A program made the translations under genes and the position numbers. A DNA stretch of 64,000 nt from Sminthopsis crassicaudata (lineage: Eukaryota): assembly GCF_048593235.1 (NCBI RefSeq), contig NC_133617.1, positions 628,660,958-628,724,957 on the forward strand. Direction: 5' to 3'. Below the pieces are notes generated by a model. The model saw nothing but the letters and a program-made list of their open reading frames with translations, searched no databases and was not told where the DNA came from. How positions within the stretch are numbered: the first letter of the stretch is position 1; each line of letters opens with the position of its first letter. This document shows positions 25,000 to 36,799 of the stretch, piece by piece.

Positions 25000-25845
25000 G
25001 TACAATCAGTGCCACTAGAATGGAAAGAAATTCACATGTTGGGAAATATTTGTATTAAACATCTCTAACAAAAGAAAAAGAAGTCTGTTCTCTGTTCTTT
25101 TTTTGGACTTGGCCAATGCCAGATTTTGTTTTGCTTACATCTTTGTAGCAGGAGTTTTATTTTTCTTGCTTTCTCAGTTGGAAGTGGGAGGAGGTGGGAG
25201 GGAGAGAAGGCAGATTTTTATTGACCGAAATTTTTTTTTAAAAATATGATGTCTAAAATTTATAGGGAAGTGACATAAATCTGTAAGAGTAAAAGCCAGT
25301 TTCCAAGAGGCAGTTGAACAAACTCCTTTAAAAAGAATCATCAACAACTATCTGAAAAACTGCTTCAAATCACTTATTATCAAATAAATGCAAATAAAAG
25401 CAATTCTGAGTTATAACCTTGTATGAATTAAATTGGCAAAGATGGGAAAATTCAATGTTGGAGTAGCCATGGGGAAAAAAAAAATATATGTTAATTCACT
25501 GCGGGTAAAGCTGTGAATTGGTCCAACCATTCTGGAAAATAATTTGCAGTTATTCAAGGAAAGTTACTAAATTATTTATAACCTTTGATCCAGAGTTTTT
25601 ACTACCTGTTTTATACCCCAAGGAAATTAATGATTGCAAGAAAAGATCTATATATGCCCAAATATTGGCTAATGGCTGAAGAAATTATGATATATGAAAG
25701 TAATAGAATATTGCAATATAAGGAACAACATATATAATGAATTCAAAGAAAGTTGGAAAACTTCCATAATGTAATGCAAATTGATGAAGTGAAAGTCAAA
25801 ATAAATGTATGTAGAAATATGTGTATATTTCTATATAAATTTTAC

Positions 25846-25883
<38 letters not shown>

Positions 25884-26150
25884 GATATGTAGCTATACAC
25901 ATATTGATACAACAGCAACATAAAAACAACATTGAAAGGCAGCATAATACAAGTAAAAGACAATGAACAATAATATCAAATTATTTGAGAGAATTTACTT
26001 CCTATTTGTTAACAATTGTGGAAAAAAAACTTCTGTTGATTGCAATCACTCTGTTAGATGGTTTTGCTTACGTGTTTTGGAGGTGTGTTCTTGGCAGGAG
26101 GTAGAGTGTTGTTTTGGAGTTTGGAAAGATTTTTTTTTTATTTGAAATAT
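25000..26150 (+). mobile_element. Old L1 fragments (ORF2 end and 3' ends) with (TA)n at 25852-25879
   Basis: aaatgcaaataaaagcaattctgag...gtgaattggtccaaccattctggaaaataatttg...tatacccca. Confidence 0.75.
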
Positions 26151-26959
26151 CAGTAAAGAAGAAGGAAAAGAAGAAAAAGAGGAGCAGAAGCGCAGCAACA
26201 ACAACTGGATTTGTAGTCAGAAGTACTGGGTTCAGATTTTCCCTCTGCAGCTTATCATCTTTGTGAACACTTTTCTCCTCTCAGGCTCCACTTTCTCTCC
26301 TGTAAAACCAAGGAAATAAATTAGATGGATTTTGAAGGCTCTTCCAAGTCTGCAAAATATTCAAGTTCCCAAGCTTGGATTCTCTAAGAGTGATGGGTCA
26401 CTGTATCAGTTAGCTTACATTATTCAGCACTTTGCTCCTGGGAGCACTATAAGGGAAGTAACTCCGGCATTACCATCCTCCTGTGATGGAAGAGGAAAAA
26501 GTTGGGATTCAGAGGGTGAAGTGACTTGTCTGTGATAGATGACCAGTAAATGACAGAGCCAAGACTCAAACTTCGCATTCCTGGTTCTAAGTAAGACCTA
26601 GGTGAACCAGGTTCATCCCAAGGTGAAATGAGCTGCCATTGAGTTAATGAGCTTTTTATCACTACAAGTATTTAAACAGGGGTCAGGCAAGATCATTTAT
26701 AAAGTGCAGAGCTATAAATCTGAAAGGAAGTAACACCTGACTTCAAATCCAACCAGAGACATTTAATATCTGTGTGCTTTGGGGTAAATCATTTAATCTC
26801 TTTACCTCAGTTTTGTCATCTGTAAAATGGAAATAATAATAGTATTTACAGGGTTGTTGTGAGTATCAAATGAAATCATATTTGTAATATTCTTTGTAAA
26901 GCTTAAAGCACTATATAAATAGTATGGATTATTGGAGTTTCAAGCCAAGAGTATATTTG

Positions 26960-27400
26960 AGAACATAGACTCTCAGCATTATGAGACCTTAAGAGTCATC
27001 TAGTCTAACTCCTGCTAAATGCATTAATCCCTTTTACAGCATTCCTGACAAAAGATTATCCCACCTTTGCCTGAATATCTCCTGTTATGGAGAAGCCTAT
27101 ATGTCTTGACACAATCTATCCTATTGCTGGACAACCCTAATTGTTAGACAGTTCCATATATTGAATTGAAATCTCTCTTCCTACTACTTCCTCTCCTAGA
27201 CCTGTCCTCTGAGATCAAGTAGAATCAATCTAATCTCTTCTAGGTGACAGCTCTTCACATGACTGAATAAAAAGATCATTTTGAATCCTAAATTTTCTCC
27301 AGGATTAATCTCCCTAGTTCTTTCATCCATTCCTCAAACTTGATGGTTTTAAAGCAACTCACCTTGCCACCTTGCTAGGCATTTTCCTCTAGGCTATAAC
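26960..27400 (-). mobile_element. CR1/L3 3' fragment with MIR3 piece
   Basis: gaccttaagagtcatctagtctaac...cctattgctggacaaccctaattgttag...actagattaatcctgagatgccttcc. Confidence 0.6.
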
Positions 27401-27620
27401 TTTCTCAACTGTAAAATAAGAAGGTTGTACTAGATTAATCCTGAGATGCCTTCCAGCGTGAATATTCTTTGAGTCTACACTAATATTAATTCATTCTTTT
27501 AGCTCCTTGTGACTCTGGGTTTCTATAGTACCAAGATTCTGTGACCATTGAATTTATATAATTTGTATGGAGATAGAATTTCATTGTGAATATACAAGGC
27601 TATAATATTTTCTTTCTCAG

Positions 27621-27700
27621 ATGGTCCCTCCAGCAGGGCTATTATTATTGCTGCTGGGAGGAAAATTGAGTGGGAACTATAACTGGACTAGTGTTTTAAA
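27621..27700 (+). CDS. Candidate exon, MVPPAGLLLLLLGGKLSGNYNWTSVL (signal-peptide-like), product unknown
   Basis: Acceptor ttttctttctcAG|ATG, donor AAA|GTGAGC; the only open frame of three; ends in phase 2. Confidence 0.3.
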
Positions 27701-28349
27701 GTGAGCCAGGTTTGGGGCTTCTTCAGTCCTTCTAGAGGACAATTTCCTATTCCTGTCTGAAAGTGGGATGAAAAGTAGTTGGGAGTAAAAATAGAAGGAA
27801 TGAAGGAGTCTTCAAGAAGTTCAGACATAAAGAAAGTTGAAGCTTGAGACATTTACTTGAGATCAGGATTTTAGAATCACAGAGCCTGAAAGGTCCCTGG
27901 AGCTTTCCTTTGACCCCTGAATCTTGCATCTCAGTATGTTTTTGTTTTAGATTCATGAAGCTAATTCCATGGGTCAAAGAGGTGATCTGGCTTTGTCACC
28001 CATTCCTTCAGATTTAGCAGCCATGTCTGAAAAAGAAAGGAAAGGAAATAAAAGAAAGTAATTTGTTTTGCATGTCTATATGTCTTTGTAACAGGCTTTG
28101 TTTTTATTGCTATTTTGATAGTGGAAGGACATCAATTGAAACAAAAAATGAAATAAAATTGAATTTAAAAAATATTGTGAGTATAAAATTGTATCAGAAG
28201 TAGAAAAGTAGCAAAAGAAATGGAAGCAACATGTGGAATAAATGAATGATCACAAAAACATGGAATTAGCTCCTAAATGTCAGCCAGCTAGGAGAAATAA
28301 CAGAAACTAATAGAGAAAAATAGAAAGATTAAAGTCATTTGGGGTTAAT

Positions 28350-30440
28350 GAACTAGCCTACCTGCCTAAATCTACAATTTATTCTTGCACGATTCAAAAT
28401 AATAATGATAAAGGATTTTGAGTTGTGTCTTCAGAAAACAGATGATTCTCATGAGGAAGAAAATGAAGAATTTTCTAAAAATACCATTATGGATGCGTAG
28501 GGAGCTTTCACCAACCCAATCAAAATTTTTAAAAAATGAAAGATCAAAGCAATTAAAGATAACAATCAATAAAAATATAATTCAATCCTAAAAATAGTAC
28601 CAGGTACAAAATAAGCTGTAACTAGGGATAAATGCTAGGGACATTAATTGGGGATTAAAGGAAGACTAAAGGAAAGACAAGATCACTACATAGTAGGGAT
28701 AAAGAAATAATAAAAGGCAACAGAGAGAAAGGAGAACTACTTGAGTTCTCATTTTGCTTCTTTTCTCTGGCAAGAAAAACCATTTTTGAAATGGGAAGGA
28801 CAAGACAAAAAAAGTTAAGAAGTAAGTGAAACTCAAGGTAAATGACAAGATAAAAGGAGGGGACCTCGCTGTTCTTACTAAGTCCAGGTCAACAAGCCCT
28901 TATGAACTGACTTCTAGGCCAGGGGTCAGTAAACAAATGAAATATGACTGGCTAAATCTAGCCCATGGTTCACCAACTGTTTTTGTACTGCTGGTGAGCC
29001 AAGGATGGTTTTTACATTTTAAAATACAATAAAATTTTATTTTAAATGTAAAAAACTATTCTTAGTTCCCAGCCTATATAAAAGTAGAGGGCCAGATTTG
29101 ACCCGTAAGCTATAGTTTGCCAACCACTGTCTTAGGGAAATGAAAAAAATTGGAAGACATAATTCCCAATGTAATGTTAGTGACCTTTGAAAAATCATGG
29201 AGAGCAGATGGAGTTCCAGGGGATGGAAGAAGGACAAATGTCATTGAACTTTCCAAAAAGCATGATGAAAGACTAAAGTCTATATACCGAGTCTGATATT
29301 GGCAAAATTTTAGAATATATTATTAAAGAAATTAACTAGCTTTTATAAAAGGAACCAGTGATTTCTAAGTGTGGATATACCAAGAATAGGTCATAATCAT
29401 GTAAGATTATATGGAAATATTTGGGGTAAATAATAATAGAATTAGGTGGATTGAGAATTAGTTGAATCTCCAGACTCCCCAAAAATAGTCATTAATAAGT
29501 TAGTGCCGTTAGATTGCATCTAATGAGAAAATGTAATAGAGATAAATATTGTTATATTTTGGTTTCAAAAAATCAACTTCAGAAATCTAGGATGGGAAAG
29601 CTATAGCTAGATGACAGACAGTTTATGAAAAAGGTCTAGCTTGAACTCAAACCAAGTTAATTATATGACATGGCAGCCAATAAAGCTAACATAATTGTAG
29701 GATATATTAGTAGACCCAATAGAGAGGATGTAACAATCCCATCTGGTCATACCCCTTTTGGAATATTGTATCCATTACAGGTACAATATTTAGGAAAGAC
29801 ATTGACAGGCTGGAATTAGCCAGTGATCAGAGCTAATAAAGAGCTTATGTCAATGGAATATGAGTTTTAAATGTACCTGGGGAATACTTAAACTGGAGAA
29901 ACAAAGTCTTGGAGATGGTAGGGGCAGAGGTAAGGGTGGGCTGGGGAGGAATGACATGATAACTGCCTTCAGGTATTTGACATGGGGATTTGACTCATTC
30001 TGCTTAAGATTATTGGTTGAACCTTGTAGAGAGGCAAAAGGAGGCTTTACGTAAAACTGGCCCAAAGTGGAATGGATCACTTTGGAAAGCAGTGGATTAC
30101 CTTTCAGTGGGAGAGGAGCAGAGGGAAAGGAGTCTTCATCCTAAATCTGGATTACCATGTGCTGAATATGTATAGGGTGGATTCTTGTTCAAGCTTCCCA
30201 ATTCTGAAATCTACCATGGAAGGGCTTCTTATTCAGGTATGCGAGGGATTAAATGGTTCTGAAGTCCTTGACAACTTTAATATTCTATGATGATAGACAT
30301 AGCAATGAAGTAGGAACAGGAGAAATAGATTTTACCAGTAACTTACTAGGTAACACCTGGATCTCTCTGGGTCTCATTTGCCTTTATTTTAAAATCAGAG
30401 GAACTAGATTGCCTCTAAGGTCCCTCCTAGGGACTTGATA
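28350..30440 (+). mobile_element. CR1/L3 LINE ORF2 relic, interrupted by a hAT MITE
   Basis: gagagcagatggagttccaggggatggaagaaggacaaatgtc...atattggcaaaattttagaatatattattaaag...caggtatttgacatgg...gtccctcctagg. Confidence 0.8.
28920..29129. mobile_element. hAT/Charlie non-autonomous DNA transposon, MER58/Cheshire-like
   Basis: TIRs caggggtcagtaaac...gtttgccaaccactg; decayed 8-bp flanks ttctaggc / tcttaggg (5/8). Confidence 0.8.
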
Positions 30441-30999
30441 TTTTTCAGTACTTTTTCAAACTAAATGCTAAAATGCTTCTGGTTGCATCTAAAACGCTTT
30501 TTCAGTTCCATCCCCAAACCCACCGCTCTTCACTGTCCTTCATACAATATCTTTCTATTCATTTTTGAAAAACTTAATACATGTGCAGACTTCTATAAAT
30601 ATATAGTTCATTATTATTTTGAAGCATAAGTGTATACTTTATGAATTATCCACTACCTTTTCTTCTCCTTCACACTCTTGTCCTCAGCCACTGTTCAGTA
30701 GGGTCTTGATTATTGGGGATGGTAGTAAGGAATTAAGGAAGAGAGCAGTAATAAATAGCAAATTAGATGTTATTCTTACTGTTAGCAGTTCTTGTAGAGG
30801 GAAGAGGTCAAAACTATAAAAACTCATTATATATCACCTCACCATTCCCTGGAATCAGTTACATAAAATCATATGCCTCAATTTGGTTATAGAGTGGCTA
30901 ACTTACTACAAAATGGTAAACTATTAATGTTCCTGTTAATTTTGGTCCCTGCTACCAGCATTATAATGAGATTCTACTCCATTACCTAAATATTTTAAA

Positions 31000-32000
31000 A
31001 ATTACTATTTTGGAGTATACTTTTTTTTTCCTCTGTCATGCATTAAAACCATAAAGTTGAAAAGAACTTTAGAGGATGTTCTATATTCTCTAAACCTCAC
31101 AAAATCAAATCTATATTATTTATCTCCAAATGGCAAATCGGCCTCTCTTTGAAGACTTCCAATGATAGGAAACTCTTTTCCTCCAGTGGCAAAACAATTT
31201 CACTTTTGAATGGTTAATGATTAGAAAATTTTGAATTATTAAGATATAATTGATTTCCCTATAACTTCGATCCATTGGTTGCAATTATGGTCTCTAGGAT
31301 CAAGCAGAACAATAATCTTTTAGTCATATTAAAATTCTTAAAATATTTGAATGCATCAATCATGTCTCCCCTACTTCCTCACTTTTACCCCAGCTCCTTG
31401 AATTCATTGTCATATGCATGGTTTCAATTTCCCTTACCTTTCTGATTGCCTGCCTAACTTTACAAAAAGGAAAACTGAGGCCTGAGAGGGGAATGACAGA
31501 CCACATATTTTTCATCCTTTACTTATACAGTTAATTTTTTTTTAAATCCATGTTCAAGGTTTCAGATTTATTCCTATTTTAATTCATTTTATTAGCATGG
31601 CCAATTGTTCTCAGGTGTCAATCATTTTATCTTGATTTTGTTCTCTTGCACATTAAGTACCCCATTTACATAAGTATAACCTACAATTTCAGTAAATATA
31701 TCTATGCATTCATCTAAGTCAATGATTAAGAGTTTAAATAAAACTGTACTAAGGACAAAACTGTAAGATATTCTAATAATCACCCACTACTCTTTGGATT
31801 TAGTCATTTGATCAATTCCAAATCTACCAAACTTTGCTATTCATCTTACAATTTTCCATCATACACGCAAGGAGGGAATAAAAGACTTTCTCAAGTACTT
31901 TGCTGAAATTTAAGTGAACTTTGTCAACAGCATTTTCTAGTCTACCCCTTCAAATCATCTTGCCAGAAAAGGAAGTGTCCTTAATCTGGCATGACTTATT
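31000..32000 (-). mobile_element. CR1/L3 fragments with MIR3 pieces
   Basis: ttcatctaagtcaatgattaag...ctttctcaagtactttgctgaaatt...gccagaaaaggaagtgtccttaatctggcatgactt. Confidence 0.65.
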
Positions 32001-32084
32001 TTTAAGGAATCTATGGTGACCCAGAGCAATTATCATTTTTCCTAAGTGTGGTCAAATTATATTTTTAGTAATCTGCAGAATTTG

Positions 32085-32570
32085 TCAATAATCAATCAAT
32101 ACTTTTTAAGCACCTGCTATATGCCAGGCACTGTTCTAAGCACTAGAATTACAAAAAGAGGCAAAAGAATTCCTGACTTGAAAGGATTTCCAAAAAAANN
32201 NNNNNNNNNNNNNNNNNNNNNNNNNNNNNNNNNNNNNNNNNNNNNNNNNNNNNNNNNNNNNNNNNNNNNNNNNNNNNNNNNNNNNNNNNNNNNNNNNNNN
32301 NNNNNNNNNNNNNNNNNNNNNNNNNNNNNNAGAAAGCACTGGAGATTTGGAAAGAAAGCAGGATTTTAATTAGAACTTAAAGGAAGCCAGAGAGGTCAAT
32401 AGTTGGAGCACAAGAAGAAGAGTGTTCCAGTCACAGGGGACAGCCAGAGAGAATGACCAGAGTGGAGAGATAAGAGTATTTTGATTGTGGAAAAGGCAAC
32501 AAGCCAGTGTGACAGGATTAAAAGTTCCTATCAGAAAGTAAGGTATCAAAAGACTAGAAAAATAGGAGGG
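32085..32570 (-). mobile_element. L2 3' end spanning the assembly gap
   Basis: aatcaatcaatactttttaagcacctgctatatgccaggcactgttctaagcac; L2-like text continues after the Ns. Confidence 0.75.
32199..32330. other. Assembly gap (132 N)
   Basis: Run of n. Confidence 1.
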
Positions 32571-33190
32571 GGCTAGTTTTCATGAAGGGCTTTGAATGAC
32601 AAACAGAGCATTTATAAGTAGAAATAACACAAAACTAAACTGAATGTTGTATTATTATAAGGACCAAGAGTGGCCCTGGAGAAAAGAGAAGAAAATGAAC
32701 CATCCTCCATTCTTTGCAAAAATAGAAGACTTTGTGTATAAAACATTGTACATTCTGTCTTCGGTTGGTTAGTTCTGCTGAACTGCTTTTTTTTCTCTGT
32801 TTATTTTTTGTTCATTGGATAGTGGAGAGGGATGTACTTGAAAATGAAGGTGATATAAAAGCAAAAGATATTAGGTTTCAGATGTTTTAAAAAATAATTT
32901 TGTTTATAAAGGATATCAAGGTCACCTACTACTGGATTATCTCTGTGCTGGTCAACATAAAGAGGGCAAAAGAGACATAGATCAGGCTCCATCTGTAGTG
33001 CAGTGGAAAGGACATTGACCTTGACATGAAAAGAGCTGGGGTTCCATGCCAGCTTCTTATGAGCAGTGGGATCATGAGCAAGTCATCTTTCCTCTTGGGA
33101 CCTTGATGTATTCATCTGTGAAATGAGGGTCAGACAAATCAGAGATGTAAAACCTGCTACCTACTACACTCCTGAAGACTGCAATTGGGA

Positions 33191-33220
33191 AATAATAATA
33201 ATAATAATTATTATTATTAT

Positions 33221-33260
<40 letters not shown>
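33191..33260. repeat. (AAT)n/(ATT)n plus (TA)n compound microsatellite
   Basis: Read directly. Confidence 0.95.
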
Positions 33261-33263
<3 letters not shown>

Positions 33264-34400
33264 GAACACAGATAATGTTAATACGTAGTTTTCTAAGGTA
33301 ATATATAGTTGACAGGGATCCTTGTGTACTTTTTTAGTGGCCCAATTTCTTTCTGAGTTTGATATCACTGGACCAGCTGTGTTATTGTTTGTTTGTTTCC
33401 TGTGCTTTTCTTGAAGCAGCTTGTTAGTGGAACCATAGGTATATATGAAGTACAGGCAGGGTCTGCCAGCATTCATATCGCCATTCTCTGTGCACACCTA
33501 AGAACAAACTAACATTAGGTGTAAACTTTGATTTAGAAGAACTTTTGGAGATCAGTTAAACCAGCCTCCCAATTTTATATTAGACAGAGAAGGGTACTCA
33601 GAGAGGAGTAAAAGCACTTGCTCAACCAAGGTCACCCAGTGAGTTATTGGGAAAGCTGGGATTAGAGCCAAGTCTAGCATTTCTTCCAGTGGGTCACTGG
33701 ATCCACTTTGGATACACATGGGAAGAGTAGACCAGTGATTCCTTCATATAGGGAATTCCTGGATGAGGAAATTCTCACAGCCAGTGAGAAATGAAAAGAA
33801 GTATTTAGTAAATGCCTACTATATGCCAGGTGTTGTGCTAAGCAAATATTGCAAATATTATCTAATTTTTCCTTAGAATAATCCTGAGAGATAAGCACTA
33901 TTATTATATCCATTTTGCAGCTGAAGAAACTGTGGCAGGCAGAGGTTAAGGGACATGCCTAGGAAGTGTCCAAGGATGGAGAGGAACTAATCATTCTGAC
34001 TCTAGGCCCAGAACTCTATATCCTGCAAAGCCTGGATGCCTCAGACTTGGGATCCAAGATTTAGTGCCTAGGACACTGAGATAAATGCCTATTGACTGAG
34101 AAATTAAATCACTTAGTCTGGATAACTCAAGAGAAAAATTATATCTAAAACAGGAAAATTACATATAAATAAATTACATATGCTAGGTATTATATAAAAA
34201 TCACAAAAAATATATAAAATGATATATAAATAAATTAGATTAAATGACACAATGAATCATGTGGGTCAGAAAAGAAAGTCACTACTTTGGGCTAGAAGAA
34301 TCAGGGAAGCTTCCTGAAAAGATAGAACAGATCCTTGAAGAGTGATTAAGATTTGAACTGTGACATATTCAAGAAAAGAAAGGGTAAGGCATATGGTATA

Positions 34401-34472
34401 TACAGGTTGGCCCATAAGCTTAAGTGCAGTAAAATACTGTATAGGGCACTCTGACTTTTAGGACCTTGGATA
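34401..34472. mobile_element. Tc1/mariner-type MITE (~70 bp)
   Basis: TA-flanked degenerate inverted ends: tacaggttggcccataagcttaagtgc...gcactctgacttttaggaccttggata. Confidence 0.5.
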
Positions 34473-34811
34473 TGAAGAATGCCAGACTTGGAGTCAGAAG
34501 ACCTGACTGAATCTTGGCCCTGCTACTGGCTTTGCTTGCAAGTCATATCACTTCTGGGCCTTAGTTTCCTTCCATGTAAAATGAGGGGTTTGGATTAGTT
34601 GATCTCTTAAGTCCTTTCCAAATGTGAAATTTCATGACTCTCTAATACGAAATAGGCAGTCCCCAAAGCTTTGATGTTTGTCTTTGGAATAAAGAGAGCA
34701 ATGTTGAGCTACTGCAGCCATAACTCTGCTCTCTTCTCAGGCCGGCTCTATATGAGGGAATGGTGAAGAATGAGTGGAGGGGAGAGAGACTGAGCTGCCG
34801 TGAGGCCCTTG

Positions 34812-34825
34812 GTTGCCATGGCAGT
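34812..34825. promoter_or_regulatory. RFX X-box-like palindrome
   Basis: GTTGCCATGGCAGT, 12/14 match to GTTGCCATGGCAAC, in a non-repeat, relatively GC-rich island (~34700-34960). Confidence 0.45.
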
Positions 34826-35489
34826 GCTCTGTAGAAACAAAATCATATTAGTATAAACTCCTGAAGCAATGCTCCTTTCCCTCCGTGGAATGATAGTGTC
34901 AGTGCAGTGACTAGATAAGCCATTTACATGTAAATGTTATTAAGCAGATTTTTTGTTGTTGTTGTTATTCTTTTGCATTTAAGAAAACTCCAGGCTTAGA
35001 TGCCAGGAGGGTAAAAAACAACCTCTGTACCGTATTAAGTTACAAACTGAAATCCTAGGAAAACAGGAGCAATAGATCTATATGTAACTCTTCCCCCACC
35101 ACCCCCATATACACCTAACTTATTGTATGTAAGAAAATGGCATTGAACAATCTAGTTATTTTTATCATATTTCTAGAGATGAGCAAATGATGAGCTAAAG
35201 CAGGAAGAAATGAGTGATAGAGAATTTAATGTAAATGCATTGTAGTATTCTAGAGTTTGAGGAAAGTGCCATCTAGGTGTACCCCAAAGGGAGACACTTG
35301 GGGTAGGAAGAGCAAGAAGACAAGGCTAGTTATTGCCCCCACCCCATGAATTCTTTGGATGCTACATTTTCTTTTTCTGACCTCCAAAAGTCTTACCTAG
35401 GAAAAGAAGGGAGAATAATAAATTTCTAAAGGGTGAAAAGTGGCTAGGTAACAATTACTAATTGTTATTACTAATTGTGTGAACTTACT

Positions 35490-35665
35490 TTGTTATTACT
35501 AATTGTGTGAACCTGGGCAGAGCACTTGTTTGCCTCAGTTTCCTCATCTGTAAAGTGAGCTGGAGAAGGAAATGGCAAACCACACCAGTATCTTTGCCAA
35601 GAAAACCCTAAATGGGGTTTGAAAGAATACAAAATGACTGAAAAACTGCTCAAAACCAACAAGAA
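35490..35665 (+). mobile_element. MAR1-type SINE
   Basis: gcctcagtttcctcatctgtaaagtgagctggagaaggaaatggcaaaccacaccagtatctttgccaagaaaaccctaaatgggg. Confidence 0.9.
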
Positions 35666-36329
35666 ATAGTGAGGAAAGTCTAATCGCTGTTGGTGGATAC
35701 TATAGAAGAGACTTCTATTCAGATGCAACATAGACTCAATGACCCTTGAGATAACTTCCACACTGAGAATCTATAATTCTGTGATTCTGTGACTTTCATG
35801 GGATCATCGGGTTTAGATTAGGAAAGAACCATGGTGACCATATAGCCCAACACCTCCACTTCAGTTTTCTAGAAAAGGAAACTGATTATATGATTTACCC
35901 AAAATCACAGAGTTTGCAAATAGAAGAGCTAGGACTTGTCCCCAGTGTTCCAACTCTGAATACAGTTTCCCTTTCTCTACTCAAAGGCAAATATTCAAAT
36001 CAATAAATGCCCATCAAAAGGCTGCTGTGAACAGTTCTGTATTAAGTAGATTAGGAAAAATATAATCTAGTCAAGATTTATCTCCTATTTTCATGAATCT
36101 TAAAGTTTAGGAGGGGCTTATGACATATATACATTTATCTATAGAATCTGATACTGTATAAATGTATCAAGAAAGTTGCAAAGCTTAGTTCTGTACAATA
36201 TCTTAGAGTTGGGGGAGAAGAGAAGTAATGATATATGAGAGTGATGTACTGAGGGTGCAGTACAAAATAAATCTGGAGAGGGAAGCTTTGAATGCCTGGA
36301 AAGGCAGTGGTTTTGAATAGGTCACCACA

Positions 36330-36645
36330 TCCCTCCCAGCAGAGGGTCCTGCTACTTTGCTGAAGACCCTGCTTTCTCAAACCATCTTCCATGAACTATA
36401 CTTCCCTACTCTATACCTCAAAATCCCTTCACATCATCTTCCCTTTTCTTCTTCCTCTGCTCTAGAATCTGATAAATCTTCTCCTTGCCAAGACCAACTT
36501 CTTTTACATGTGCCTTTGATCTCAAGCCTTTCTATCTCCTCAAAAGCCTGCTCTCTTAGCTCACTCATTTCCTCTCTGTCTCTAGTCTTCAGTCTCTCTT
36601 TATCTCCTGGCTGCTTCCCAGCTGCCTACACACATGCTTGCTGAG
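36330..36645 (+). mobile_element. L2 RT-region fragment
   Basis: cttttacatgtgcctttgatctcaagcc...tctcctggctgcttcccagctgcctacacacatgct. Confidence 0.7.
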
Positions 36646-36799
36646 AGCCCTTTCAGCTCTGCTCAGAATCTGGAATTCTCTAAAGAAAGGAAAGCCACGG
36701 AATTGTGAGAAAGAGAGAAACTAACAACTTGCCTTATGTAGAAAGGGGCACCCGAGCAGTGCTCCTAAGGAAGCGAGAGACTCCAAGAGCCACTCCTGT

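Noticed and set aside
33072-33497. 141-aa minus-strand ORF starting at an acceptor-like site
   Set aside because: Half of it runs through microsatellite and MIR sequence; no good donor or homology.
35463-35512. 28-bp-period duplication (tgttattactaattgtgtgaac x2)
   Set aside because: Ordinary slippage duplication at the 5' edge of a MAR1 SINE.
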